A DNA stretch of 63,877 bases, filler included, from Welwitschia mirabilis (lineage: Eukaryota), in the NCBI GenBank assembly GCA_051453625.1. It is 6 parts of one record of this genome, joined end to end, with 100 filler letters (N's around TTAATTAATTAA, not from the genome) between each part and the next. Parts side by side here need not be neighbours in the genome. Positions count along the whole stretch, not along the records: positions 27,976 to 42,832 come from JBOZIK010000001.1; positions 42,933 to 60,821 come from JBOZIK010000001.1; 4 more parts are not named here. One strand, written 5' to 3'. Below are positions 37,370-50,003 of this stretch, piece by piece; positions within the stretch are counted from its first letter, which is position 1; the number at the start of each line of letters is the position of its first letter. A program made the translations under genes and the position numbers. The notes beneath the pieces are model-generated. The model was not told the origin of the DNA, ran no database searches, and saw only the letters and a list, made by a program, of their open reading frames with translations.

Positions 37370-40300
37370 TTCTTTTCTCCTTAGGAAAAATGTGGGTTCA
37401 AATCTATGGATGATTTTCTTAAAAAATTATGAAGCCATATGTTTAATTAAATTATTAATTCTTGTCATCTTGAGGGTTATATTTCAATGGGAAGGTACTA
37501 TCACTAAGTGTTATGAGTTCAATGTTCTCCCAATAAGTTGAATAAAGTAATTAGTTTCAAAAATACCCAATCAATAACTAATTAAAATTTAATATGTAAT
37601 TACTTATATAAAAAGAGAAATATATCTAATAAATAAATTTCTATGGAAACATTTATTTTGATGGTAAGAATACTCTCACTATCTCCCCTTTTCATTTTTT
37701 AAATTATTATTAGTNNNNNNNNNNNNNNNNNNNNNNNNNNNNNNNNNNNNNNNNNNNNNNNNNNNNNNNNNNNNNNNNNNNNNNNNNNNNNNNNNNNNNN
37801 NNNNNNNNNNNNNNNNNNNNNNNNNNNNNNNNNNNNNNNNNNNNNNNNNNNNNNNNNNNNNNNNNNNNNNNNNNNNNNNNNNNNNNNNNNNNNNNNNNNN
37901 NNNNNNNNNNNNNNNNNNNNNNNNNNNNNNNNNNNNNNNNNNNNNNNNNNNNNNNNNNNNNNNNNNNNNNNNNNNNNNNNNNNNNNNNNNNNNNNNNNNN
38001 NNNNNNNNNNNNNNNNNNNNNNNNNNNNNNNNNNNNNNNNNNNNNNNNNNNNNNNNNNNNNNNNNNNNNNNNNNNNNNNNNNNNNNNNNNNNNNNNNNNN
38101 NNNNNNNNNNNNNNNNNNNNNNNNNNNNNNNNNNNNNNNNNNNNNNNNNNNNNNNNNNNNNNNNNNNNNNNNNNNNNNNNNNNNNNNNNNNNNNNNNNNN
38201 NNNNNNNNNNNNNNNNNNNNNNNNNNNNNNNNNNNNNNNNNNNNNNNNNNNNNNNNNNNNNNNNNNNNNNNNNNNNNNNNNNNNNNNNNNNNNNNNNNNN
38301 NNNNNNNNNNNNNNNNNNNNNNNNNNNNNNNNNNNNNNNNNNNNNNNNNNNNNNNNNNNNNNNNNNNNNNNNNNNNNNNNNNNNNNNNNNNNNNNNNNNN
38401 NNNNNNNNNNNNNNNNNNNNNNNNNNNNNNNNNNNNNNNNNNNNNNNNNNNNNNNNNNNNNNNNNNNNNNNNNNNNNNNNNNNNNNNNNNNNNNNNNNNN
38501 NNNNNNNNNAGTCATTTATGCAATATCTTAAAGATTTAAATCTAAGATATAATTCTTAATGAATAATTAAATTAAGAAAACCTTATAATTAGTACTATAT
38601 ACATAGTTAAAAATTCAAAATGAATATTGAACTTACTACGTGTTAAGAAGAAATTTGAATAAATTTTATTACATATTAATTTTAGAAATCTAAACTTAAG
38701 ATTCATTAAGGGTAATTATCTTTTACTTATAATGAAAGAGAATATGAAAGCCGTGAATTGTGTAGTTATCCACTTCCTTCTAAATTACTATTTAATGTAT
38801 ACATAACTTCTTATATAAAGGAGTCAAATTCTTTTACTACTGAGTCAAAGTATTTTAATTAGAAAATACTTTTATTTTATTAAATATTTCAACTTATAGA
38901 AAACTCATAAATAATATATTGAAGAGAAGAACATTATTATTCACTTGGATTGTTTAGTAATAAAGTTACATCATCAAGAAATGCATATTTTAGATATTAA
39001 GTCTATCATACTTTAATTTAACTATCATAAAATTAATTTAAATGTTAAGAAATTAGTCTTAACAGTTCTGTGTAAAGCTCAAAATTCCTCGAAAGAAGGA
39101 AAAGTTTATTTGAAAATTATATGGAATACTAAACTTCTATCCACTTACCCTTCTGATTGGTTAGCTTAGTGGCATTATACTATAGGTTTAATTAGGAATT
39201 ATGAATACAATTTTAAAAAATAATTAAATAGAGATAGTAATCATAAATATTAATGTACTTCTTGTATAATTGAATATTTATCTCATTAAATCCTAAGAGT
39301 TATTAACTAATGCTTGAAAGTATTTACAAATCTATGATATTTAGATTTCCTTTGATACTTTCATGAAAAATAGATTAAGTTGATTGCACATTCAAAATGA
39401 TTTCTTTTAATTTCTCATTCATAATACTTTTATCATTGAGGAAAGTGGTAGTTTTAATGTTATAGTAGATTATTTTATAGTCATATTTAAGGTAGATTTT
39501 TTATGCCAACTTATTTCATCAAAATGCAACTTTTATTCTATGTAAAATAACTATAGTTCATAATTCTTTGTTATAAAATAATATTACTCTCACAATATTG
39601 AAATAAGCCTATTTAAATTTGGCTAATGTGAGAGCTCTAGGATTTGATGGTTTTCTAGATAAATTTTATAAAAGACATTGTGATATGATAGGATAAGACT
39701 CTTAGAATGATATAAAATCCCTTTATAAAAGCTCTTTATGCTCTTATATAAATAAAATAGTTATTTAAATTCTTCTTAAATTCATATATCTTCATCTTAT
39801 CATTACTGGATGTTCAATTACATTACCTAATGTTTCATAATAAATTTTAGTAAAATGTTTATCCACTACTTCGAAATCAGTTTACTTGATATTATGTATA
39901 CTGAATAGTCTAGTTTTATTAAAGACAAATACATACTCAATAATTTTATTGATATATGAAAGAGAATTCAATAAGAAAAATATTTTAGTTAAGATGTGGC
40001 CTTTTTTAAACTCATTATGAAAAGATCTATGCTAAAATTTATTGTTATAAATTATGAAGAAGCTATGATTTGGCCAAAAATTTCTTCATTTTTTTACTTG
40101 TTTATTTAAGATGTTAACATATGTGTTAATACTAGAAATGATATTTCAAATATCTTTAATATTTTATTATAAGGTATTTATTATGTCCTTATCTATTTAT
40201 TTAAGCAATTGATTTTTTATGTCATATAATTTACACCTATGAACAATTAAGAGTAACTCAAGCTATTGAAATTCATAATGATCCCAAATAGCATCTTAAT

Positions 40301-40700
40301 ATGTATTTTTCAAATAACTCTTGCTTTATTATTAGACATGATAGAATAATGATCTTATATTTTCTCTATTAATAATACATGCTTTTATGATTTAAAAAAA
40401 AAGAAATCTTCTAATTTTCATTGATCTAGAAATTACTAATGGATTTCTATTCAACCTTAATCATTTATTTATCTTACAAATATTTTTAAAGTTTTTAGAG
40501 ATTTTTTTATTTGTTAAACTATCAAAAACCTTGGAAAAAAGTTTAAATAAATTTCAAACTAATGTAGATAACTGAAAATTTAAGAAGCTTTAACTTATAG
40601 GAAAATTCATGGTATGTAAATGTATCATGAGTTCTACTCATACTTATTATTCATCATATTGGGTTCTCTCTTAGTAATTTCATATAAATATAGAGGCTAT
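37370..40700 (+). mobile_element. Extremely eroded Ty3/gypsy gag-pol remnant (possibly Tat/Ogre-like)
   Basis: FRNLNLRFIKGNYLLLIMKE (FRNLN...KDNYPLP.ME-like RT) at ~38680; LSGIIL/ HYTIGLIRNY near 39165-39200 (GYYRRFIRNY-like); gag-like FLKNYEAIC..FQWEG at 37410-37500; weak integrase-like traces at 40010-40620. Confidence 0.5.
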
Positions 40701-42279
40701 TTTAAGAAGTTATGTGTGATCAACATATAACACTAAAAATTATTTTTCTAGAATGGCATAGATTACTTGTTGTCTTTTAAAAAATATGGATGAACTAGAT
40801 TTTATAAATTATTTTAATTAGGATGAATAATAATGCAATAAATGAATGCAACAAGAAATTAATAAATATAGTTTTATTACTAATTTAGTTTATGGATATT
40901 AGCTAAAGTCTTTTCTAAATATCAATTAATATAAAAAGGTATTCATCTTATGAATTACATAATTTTCTCATATAAAATTAAAACAAGACAAATTAATGTT
41001 TTTCAAAACATCTAGAAATCATGAAAATGCATTCATCATCTTACAAATTGATAAGAAATTATACTTTCTTTATCAATTCTTTAAGAATTAAATCCATGGT
41101 GGCTTTCTTTACCTGATGGTTTGCTTAATGTTAATCTCATAAGTAATTTTCTAGGTGTTTTTAGAAAGGCATTTTTGTAAAGCTATATTCATTTTAAGAT
41201 TAGTGCATTTAATGGACAAACTTCTAAACATTATATGAATTATTCATAGTAATTCATCTTTCTTATTTCAAGCTAAAGAATTTTCTAGAACATAACCTGC
41301 ATCTAATTAATAATGAAAAATTTATGTGGAATTCTCTTGAATGGATAGATAAATCATGTTTATTCTTTATTGAACTTATAAAAGTTTGTGACTTTCTCTA
41401 TTTAGATCATCCTTTTTCACCTTGATGTAATCATTAATGTAATGTGAATGATGCAAAATATATTTGAAAATATTATTTGTATTTAATTGGAAATTTATCA
41501 TCTTTTAAAGTGGAGAATTTTCTTTGGTATCTCTTACATCATGGAATGCTTTATAAATTCATTGAATTCATTTAAGATGTGCTTTAATAGCTTTTTTCTA
41601 TTATCACTAATGAAAGTTCCTCCTCTTATGCCTAATTTCTCTATCTCCCTCGCCCGCCCATGCCCCCTCTCCCCCTCCCTCCCCTGCTTTCCTTCCTTTT
41701 TTTTTTTAATTTTAAATGAATGCAGATATAAAGATTTTGTTTGATTATGAGTATCTAAATATTTGTATATATAACACCGGCTTTTCTCTTATCCTAATTA
41801 AGCACTATATTTCTCCTTTCCCCTTTCCCCTTCTTTTATGCTCTTTTCTCTTCTTTTCTTATTTAATATTATTATGTAATAGACACAATGGAACCTAGGA
41901 TCAAATTTTACTTATTTCTTTATTAGGATTTCTATATTCTAAGAAAAACAAATCATATTAATATAATATATTTACTTATAATTGATTTCTAGATTATTTT
42001 GGTTTATAAATAATAGCGATGTTATAAGTTTGTATTCTCCATTTCTTCCTAGTTTTCATTACATAAGAAAATATCTTGTAAATAGTTAAGAAGATGTAAA
42101 CTTTTTATAAATATATATGAATATATTTTAAAGATAATATCTAACTAATATAATAGGAGGTTGCAAATCCCATTAATGACATTCCAACTTGATATTTAGC
42201 CACCCTTCAGATATGAGTTAGTTCTACTTCAGGTTCTAAANNNNNNNNNNATTTCATAGGCTTTTTCTTTAACTTGATA

Positions 42280-42670
42280 TACCCCCAATACATGTGAAAA
42301 GTGGTATATGAGATGGATGCATGCTTACAAATTAGCCTTGCTTTCTTGAAACATCTTTGAATGGTGCAACATGATCCATTAATGCTAAGGGCTTGAGATA
42401 TTAAGTTAGAGTACATTTATACATGGGTAGGGTAAGAGAGTAGTGATTAAATCCACTTCTGGGAGGGTATATATCAATAAAAAGGAAATGCAATGAAACT
42501 CACCTTTATGATGAAATCCAAGTTTGGGGATGATCATTATTAGTATTATCTTAATTTAGTCCTATTCTAAGAATACACAACACAAATGCATGCATACAAT
42601 TCTAACTAATGTGAACATTTAATGGATTATTTACTTAGTTATAATAATTTTAATAATTATTAGGTTCATT
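42280..42670 (+). repeat. Dispersed repeat homologous to 54260-54620 (probably LTR-derived)
   Basis: Colinear similarity: atacccccaatacatgtga..atgcatgctta.aaat.a.c.t.ctttcttga..catct...aatgg..aacat.atcc.ttaat.ctaagg.ct.gagata... Confidence 0.75.
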
Positions 42671-42832
42671 TTATAGACACAATCATAAAAAGAAAATAAG
42701 CACACTAAAACATCTTTATATTCAAGATTATAATAATAAAAATCTAAGTAAAGGAAATATTCTTTTCTTTTTTATGTAAATAAAGAAATATACTTTTTTT
42801 TCTTTCTTTCAATAATAATAAATATATTGAAA

Positions 42833-42932
42833 NNNNNNNNNNNNNNNNNNNNNNNNNNNNNNNNNNNNNNNNNNNNTTAATTAATTAANNNNNNNNNNNN
42901 NNNNNNNNNNNNNNNNNNNNNNNNNNNNNNNN
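42833..42932. other. Artificial scaffold linker
   Basis: 44N-TTAATTAATTAA-44N. Confidence 0.95.
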
Positions 42933-45900
42933 GAAAATAATGAGTCAACAAAATTTAAACAACCTATTCAGTTTACTAGTATCTTCAAAATCCTTAATAA
43001 TAATGAAGTCAATCAAAAATTAGAAGTGCTTTCTAAAAAAATTAAGATTCTTAGTACCAAATCTAAACCTATTACTCTACCTCTTCATTGCAACATTTAT
43101 CTTGTGAATAATTATGAAACTTATGATTTTCCATTTATTAATATGTTTCAAAGTGTAATAAAAGAAGAAATCAATGTCATAAGATAATAATGAAAAAATC
43201 AAAGAGCAAAAAATCCCTACTCTAATACTTATAACCTTGCATAGATGAATCACTTGGACTTCTCATAGAAATAAGATAATCTTAACTAAGCCTTAGCTAG
43301 TCAACTTAAGAGTTTAAATCCTTTCTTAACTTATAATTTTTTAGAGTATATACTTCATAAGTTTATGGAGGTTCAACATCAAATTAATACCTCTCAATAA
43401 TAATTCAATTAATAAACCTCTTCTATATTGTAAAAGGCAGATCAAGAAATGCAACAACTAAGTAAAACTACTACACATATCCTTACATCACTTAATCAAC
43501 ATAAAAAGAATAGGCTTTTTGCTATACACTAGCCTAATCCTAGTAGTTATAAGTTGATGAAGAACTCACAAATTAAGAAAATCTAGGTTATCCATTTAAG
43601 AAGTAGGAACAAAATCAATAAAAAGAGGTAGAATAAAAACAACCATAAGAAGAATAAAAATAACAAAGTTGGTTAAGAAGTGAGAAAGAGGTAGGAAAGA
43701 AACATAAGGTAAAAGAAGTTGTTCCAACTTACAAAGAACCCCTACCCAATTTTTTTTTTTACAACTTAAAAAAAAATTAGTTAACTAAGAAGAAACAAGA
43801 AGCAGTATAAATTTTCAAGAAAGTAAAGATTAATATCCCTCTTTTAGAAGCCATCAAATAAGTACCTTTCCATGCTAAATTCTTTAAAGATCTCTACATG
43901 ACCAAAAGAAGGATGAATGTAAAAAGTAAACCCTTTCTTACTTAACAAACTAATTCTATCATTCAAAGCTAAATCCCTCCAAAATACAAAGATCTAGGTT
44001 TCCTTATCATAGCCCCTACAATTGGAAATACTAACTTTCAATAAGTCTTGTCAGATCTTAGAGCTAACATTAATCTTTTATTTTATATTATTTACAAGAA
44101 ACTTGGTTTAAATGATCTTAAAAGTACTAAAGTTAAATTATAATTAGCTAGTAACTTTTTAAAATCATCCTTGAGTATTGTATCGGATGTGATTATTCAA
44201 GTTAAAAATTTCTACTTTCATATGAAGTTTTTAGTTTTAGAGATGGAAAAAAACTAGAAGTATACCATGGCAATTATCTTAAAAAGACCTTTTCTTACCA
44301 CTTCTAATGCTCTTATGAATTATAAAAATGGCTTATGAATATTTCATTTGGTAATATAACTATTGAGTTGAATATATTTACTACCATAAAACAACCTGAT
44401 GATTTAGAAGGAGTAGAGTTTATTAAAGTTTTGATGATAATCTTAATTCTTATTTCTATGAGAAAAATATTTCCTCTCTTTCTCCACCCTCTTTTGGTTA
44501 TGATTCATATTTCAATCTTGAAAATGGTCTTTCTTTTGATATGGACTTATCTATTGAATATTTAGATATATCTTTGATGACAACTCTACTTATTTTTTGA
44601 TTTCTTATTCATCCATGTCTTCATCTAAGAAAAACATTTGATAAGAATTATTAATTAAGCAAGAGAAAAGAATATAATGATCCTCTCATGACCTAAAACA
44701 TTTGAATCCTACTAAGTATTCTTCCCATACCATTTTTAAGTTTTTCAACTCATGCGTGGAGTCTTGTTATGAAAACATTTCTAGGCCTAATTTGTTACTT
44801 GAATATCCATCTTATTCTTTTAAATGTAAAATCCTAATCCTCAGATTTTTCCTCTTCATTTATGGTTAAACATAATTTTTATGAATCTAACTTGATTTCT
44901 TCACATGAGCTTAATTGGAGTTACCTACTATAGCCTTGGAAATTTTACATTAAATTAGTTATTTTCACTTATCCAAATTACCTTTACATAATCCTTTATG
45001 ACCTACATTTTATACATCCCTTTCATCATCTTATGAGTTCATGAGACTCAAAAATCCTAGTTAATGTTTTTTTTTTTTTTTTTAATCCATGAATAAAGAG
45101 ATCCTTTAGCTTTTTAAAGTATAATTAAGATTCTATAGCTTTTTGCTTTTTTATTAGCTATTTCTTTGAATTTTCAAGTTTTTTGTTAAGAACTATATGC
45201 ATTCAAGATATCTAATTTAGAACCAAGAAAAAAGGTGGATTTTTGTCTTTTATATTTTTTGTATTTTAAAGAATTCATTGGTATGATATCATCTATCTAT
45301 TAGCCTAATGAGCCAATAACCCCTTTCAAAGAAAATAAAGAAAAATATTGAATCCCTTTTAACGCATTTGTTTATGATCATTTCTATAGGGTTTAGTTAA
45401 CTACATTAAGGCTATGGATACCTACTGGAAACATAGCTCTAACTATCTATTTGTGATACATTCATCTACATTAGGACTGTGGATGCTTATTAGCAATATA
45501 GCACTAACTCATTCTAGTATAACAGGTTAAATCTATTAGTAGGAAATATCACAATACTAAATGCTCAATATAATCAAATGCTTAAGACTTAGATGCTCAT
45601 AATAGAAGAAGGATATTGGAATGAAATTAAGATGGAATTAGAAAGATATTTCATTTACTTATTTTAACAAATTGAACTTAAGGTTCTTTGACTATTCATG
45701 AATTGCAAGGATTTACTAATTAACACTTTTCTTTTATTTGATAAAAGGTCTGCCCAAAATTTTGTAAATAAATAATACCATTTTCTTGCCTTTATCATGT
45801 TTCATTTATTCATAAGATGCATATTAGGTTTTATTATTTCATTCATTCATTTCATATTATTACCATAACATTTACTTTCATCATCCATATCAAGCCATAT

Positions 45901-48137
45901 TTATTTGTTTTTCCTTCTATGAAAAAGTACACAAAGAAAGATAAGTGTGTTTTCTATAATTTGACTCTTCTTTCCATGTCCATATACAAGGTAAATTTTG
46001 ATCTAAACCATTGATAAAACTTAGTTATCCAATGGTCCAAATTTCACCCACTTTCTATAAAACATATGATTTTTGAGCCATATGGATCAAGCACTCACAT
46101 TTTCTATGAATCTCATGCTATTATAGTCTTCCTCATGTTCATTTCACCCATGTATCTAAACTCTACTAGTACTAGCACCTACCCTCATAGGTGTTGCTAT
46201 TTGTCTTTCTCTAAGCATGTCTGACTTTTTCTTATGGCTATATTTTAGAATCCTCTAGCCCTTTAGTGCATTGATGAGCTTGTTACTAAATTCAAAATCC
46301 TTTTATTTTCTTTTAATTCATTTTTTTACTTTTTTAATTTCCTCCTTCATCTCTATTTCATTTCCAAATTTTTTTCCTTCTTTTTTTAGTTTTAACATTT
46401 TAGGAAACCATGAGTAAAAGTGTAGGAGCATTTTTGGAGGAAGGAACTTCCATGTTCCTTCTTGCTTTATTTACATCTTTCTATGTTAATAAAATTAAGG
46501 TAAGAAATTAAACAACTTATTGAAGGAAGATGACACTTACTCCTCTCCAAGGATAGTTTTGAAGTTCTACTAAAATGTAATAATAGATGAAGATGACCCT
46601 TTAATAATTCATTCTTTCATTCATCACACTTTTTTAATTTCTCTCAATGATGTAAAGCTTTAATAGGGGTTTAACTTAATGTTAATTTACCTTAAATTCT
46701 CACTAGATTCCTTGGTTATTAATATACTACACTTAATGTTGAATATGCATCAAATAGGAAATGGATCTTACCTTGAAAATATCTTTATAAGAATAAACTA
46801 GTATTTTTAAATTTATCATTCAAAAGGTTTTACCTATATCACATGTGATTAATGCATACTGTAGTCATCTTAATATGATTAGGATCATCCAAGATAATAA
46901 GCCCGTTGATGTGGTCAAATGTCTTTTTGTCATTCTAGCAAATAATATGGATCATAGGAGTAATTTTTGCCTCCCTGTCTTACTTTTAAACTAGATTTAC
47001 AATGCCTTATCTCATACTATAGACTTTAAGGGATGGGATAAGACCTTCATAAAAACCATCATCCCTAAAAAGATTAACTAACATAGTAAGTTTAAAAATG
47101 AAGATTGGATTCCAAGTGATCTTGAGAAGATTCAAGAAGAAGAAGAAAAATCCTAAAAGAACTTCGCCTCCTTCTCAAGCTCCTTCCTCTCCATAGTATT
47201 CACTCATTATAAGAAGAAAGAAAAAGGATCCTATTAGTGAATCTTCTCATCCCCCTTCTTCTTCCCCTTCTTTTACTTCTTCTTTTGCTACATTATAATT
47301 GCATTTTCTCTTATTGTAATGACTTCTATACTTAATTAAAAACCAATATAAATTCTCATTTTTATTAACTTGATTTTTATTTTAAACTAATGTTTAACTA
47401 TAATTGTTTGAACTTGGTTTTAATGCTCTAAAACATAATAATAGAGTTGAAACTACTAGCTTCCCTAACTAGCATTACTATCTTATTTTACATAGATACA
47501 CTCTTATTAGATTGAGATACTTAATATTTCATTTCCACTTTTTTCACCAATTGTTTTTTTGTTAAAAATTCATAAAAACTGACTAATATAGATTCATTAT
47601 CCATTTAATCATTCCTAAAACATCATACTTTATCCCTTATTCTTCATCCTTTTTTAGTTATTTTCTAATCATTTGTGTAGTATACAAGTCATATTCAGAG
47701 ATTTAAGTCATTACAATCAAAGCGTCATTTTAGTTTTTAATCTTTCTTTTCTACTTGTTTGCATTTTATATTTTTTTAGTTTAGTCATGCATTACATATT
47801 TTATTTTTCAAATATTTCCTTTCTAGACTTTCTAAACTATACTAGCACATGCATTATTCATTCCTCATTATGTTTACATTCAATTTTTTATACTTTCAAA
47901 CTTTGAGAATAAAATTTAGCCTTGGTTGGGGTAAGTAATATTTGCACTTAAGTACCTACGTTTCATGCTTTATCCTTTTGCATAAGTATAATTTTAGCTT
48001 ACATTAGTTGAATTTTCTTTTCAAAATACCTTTTTTTTTACACTTTATTTCTTTGATTTGCAATTTTTCCCATGTTAACTAATTTTTAACATAATTTTAT
48101 TTGCTAAAGGACTAGCAAAACATTGGTTATGGGTGTA
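42933..48137 (+). mobile_element. Athila-like internal region with gag-protease and ORF2, no RT/RH/integrase (non-autonomous), ending in a PPT
   Basis: gag NPYSNTYNLA*MNHLDFS* (NPYSNTYNPGWRNHPNFSW-like, ~43212); FKKVKINIPLLEAIK*VPFHAKFFKDL; PPKYKDLGF; PR VLSDLRANINLL, IILKRPFLTTSNA; ORF2 at 46410-47300; ttgctaaaggactagcaaaa...tatgggtgta PPT region at 48101-48137. Confidence 0.85.
46410..47300 (+). pseudogene. Athila ORF2 (env-like position; putative plant transposon protein domain), decayed
   Basis: YSSPRIVLKFY*NVII (YP.LV.EFYAN-like), IIQDNKPVDVVKCLF...NFCLPVLLLN*I, then an acidic/Ser-Pro tail EKIQEEEEKS..PPSSSPS; lies between protease and PPT. Confidence 0.55.
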
Positions 48138-49982
48138 TGTTGTGCTACTAACTTGCATGTATTTGGTAGGGTATTTTGAGTAGTTTTATAAGATATTATA
48201 GGTTTATGCTAGATTTCCATGATAATGAAGATTTAGATGAAAGATACAAAAATATGCAATCTCCATGATATTTTTTAGCATTTAGAGTAGTCTAAGATAT
48301 CTCCTATTTTGAATCAAAATTCCTATAAACATTGAGGTTGATGCATTAAATGGAAACTTATAAAAAGCTTATTATTCACCTATCATCCAAATGACTATAC
48401 AAATGACAAAATAGTTAAGCTAATAAGGATGATAACTATAATCAATTTGATAGATGAAATGAAATGCTTATGTGGTAGCATCATCCCTTGTATCATCCAG
48501 ATGACAAGTAGGGCGACATTTGTATAATGCTCTATTAAACATTCACCTAACTTTTGTCATTTATCTTTGTGTTTCTTGTGTGGTTACTAGGGTTTTTTCC
48601 ATGCCTGTTTGTCTATTTTATTGTATGTGAGTCTGTTTGTTAATAAGTATCAATTCTACTTTCACTTTGTCTTGTCTTCACTTACATAAAAAATTCTCAT
48701 GACAAGAGATCGAAGGATTATAGATCCATCCTTGGTAATTGCAGAGAAACATCTTCCTTGGTCTTAGGTTATGCTTCCTCTATTGTAATGTGGTTTCATG
48801 ATAACACAAATGTGGTCTAAGATTAATACAAAGAACTCTTTTCTATTTTCCTATGCTTATTGTTACTTATCCCTCATAGTTTATATTGCTTCTAGTTCTA
48901 TGATAGTTTTTAGAGTGATATAGGTTACGAGAGTAACTTTTATTAAGGTTGAGCATTATTAGTTTAGATGCATTATTTCTTTTCTTTCCTAGATTAACTT
49001 TGCATAAGTGTGTTGCATTGTGATTTTCTACATNNNNNNNNNNNNNNNNNNNNNNNNNNNNNNNNNNNNNNNNNNNNNNNNNNNNNNNNNNNNNNNNNNN
49101 NNNNNNNNNNNNNNNNNNNNNNNNNNNNNNNNNNNNNNNNNNNNNNNNNNNNNNNNNNNNNNNNNNNNNNNNNNNNNNNNNNNNNNNNNNNNNNNNNNNN
49201 NNNNNNNNNNNNNNNNNNNNNNNNNNNNNNNNNNNNNNNNNNNNNNNNNNNNNNNNNNNNNNNNNNNNNNNNNNNNNNNNNNNNNNNCTTATTATTACTT
49301 ATCCCTCATAGTTTATATTGCTTCTAGTTCCATGATAGTTTTTAGAGTGATATAGATTACGAGAGTAACTTTTATTAAGGTTGAGCATTATTAGTTTAGA
49401 TGCATTATTTCTTTTCTTTCCTAAATTAACTTTGCATAAGTGTGTTGCATTGTGATTTTCTACATTGTAATCTATTTTTTTTACTAGAATATGTAAGTGT
49501 TTCATTTTAAAATTTATTCTCTTTTTTTTAGCCTATATCTTTAATGGATTATGACAGTCGTATTCACTCCCATCTATATTAGTGTGTTGTATTATGTAAA
49601 ATATCTATTTATTTGTGNNNNNNNNNNNNNNNNNNNNNNNNNNNNNNNNNNNNNNNNNNNNNNNNNNNNNNNNNNNNNNNNNNNNNNNNNNNNNNNNNNN
49701 NNNNNNNNNNNNNNNNNTTATTCCTTTTCTTTCCTAAATTAACTTTGCATAAGTGTGTTGCATTGTGATTTTCTACATTGTAATCTATTTTTGTTACTAG
49801 AATATGTAAGTGTTTCATTTTAAAATTTATTCTCTTTTTTCTAGCCTATATCTTCAATGGATTATGACATTCGTATTCACTCCCATCTATACTAGTGTGT
49901 TGTATTATGTAAAATATCTATTTATTTGTGAATGATAGGATCTTTTTGAGGATAATCATTTACACAAATATGCATTACAACA
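48138..49982 (+). repeat. Athila-like LTR (TGTTG...CAACA), length inflated by duplicated segments around gaps
   Basis: Starts tgttgtgctac right after the PPT, ends attacaaca right before the PBS; first ~620 bp match the inverted copy at 53624-54252. Confidence 0.85.
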
Positions 49983-50003
49983 TATTAGCGTCATTGCTAG
50001 GGA
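49983..50003 (+). promoter_or_regulatory. Degraded Athila-type primer binding site of copy C
   Basis: tattagcgtcattgctaggga vs TGGCGCCGTTGCCGGGGA; the differences are transitions. Confidence 0.75.

Noticed and set aside
41020..41460. Possible antisense ORF after the eroded gypsy pol
   Set aside because: Stop density is too high and there is no recognisable motif; indistinguishable from AT-rich background.
48855..49930. Near-identical repeats inside the LTR (48855-49033, 49288-49617, 49718-49930)
   Set aside because: Each copy borders an N gap; most likely unmerged contig overlaps or haplotypes rather than a real tandem array.
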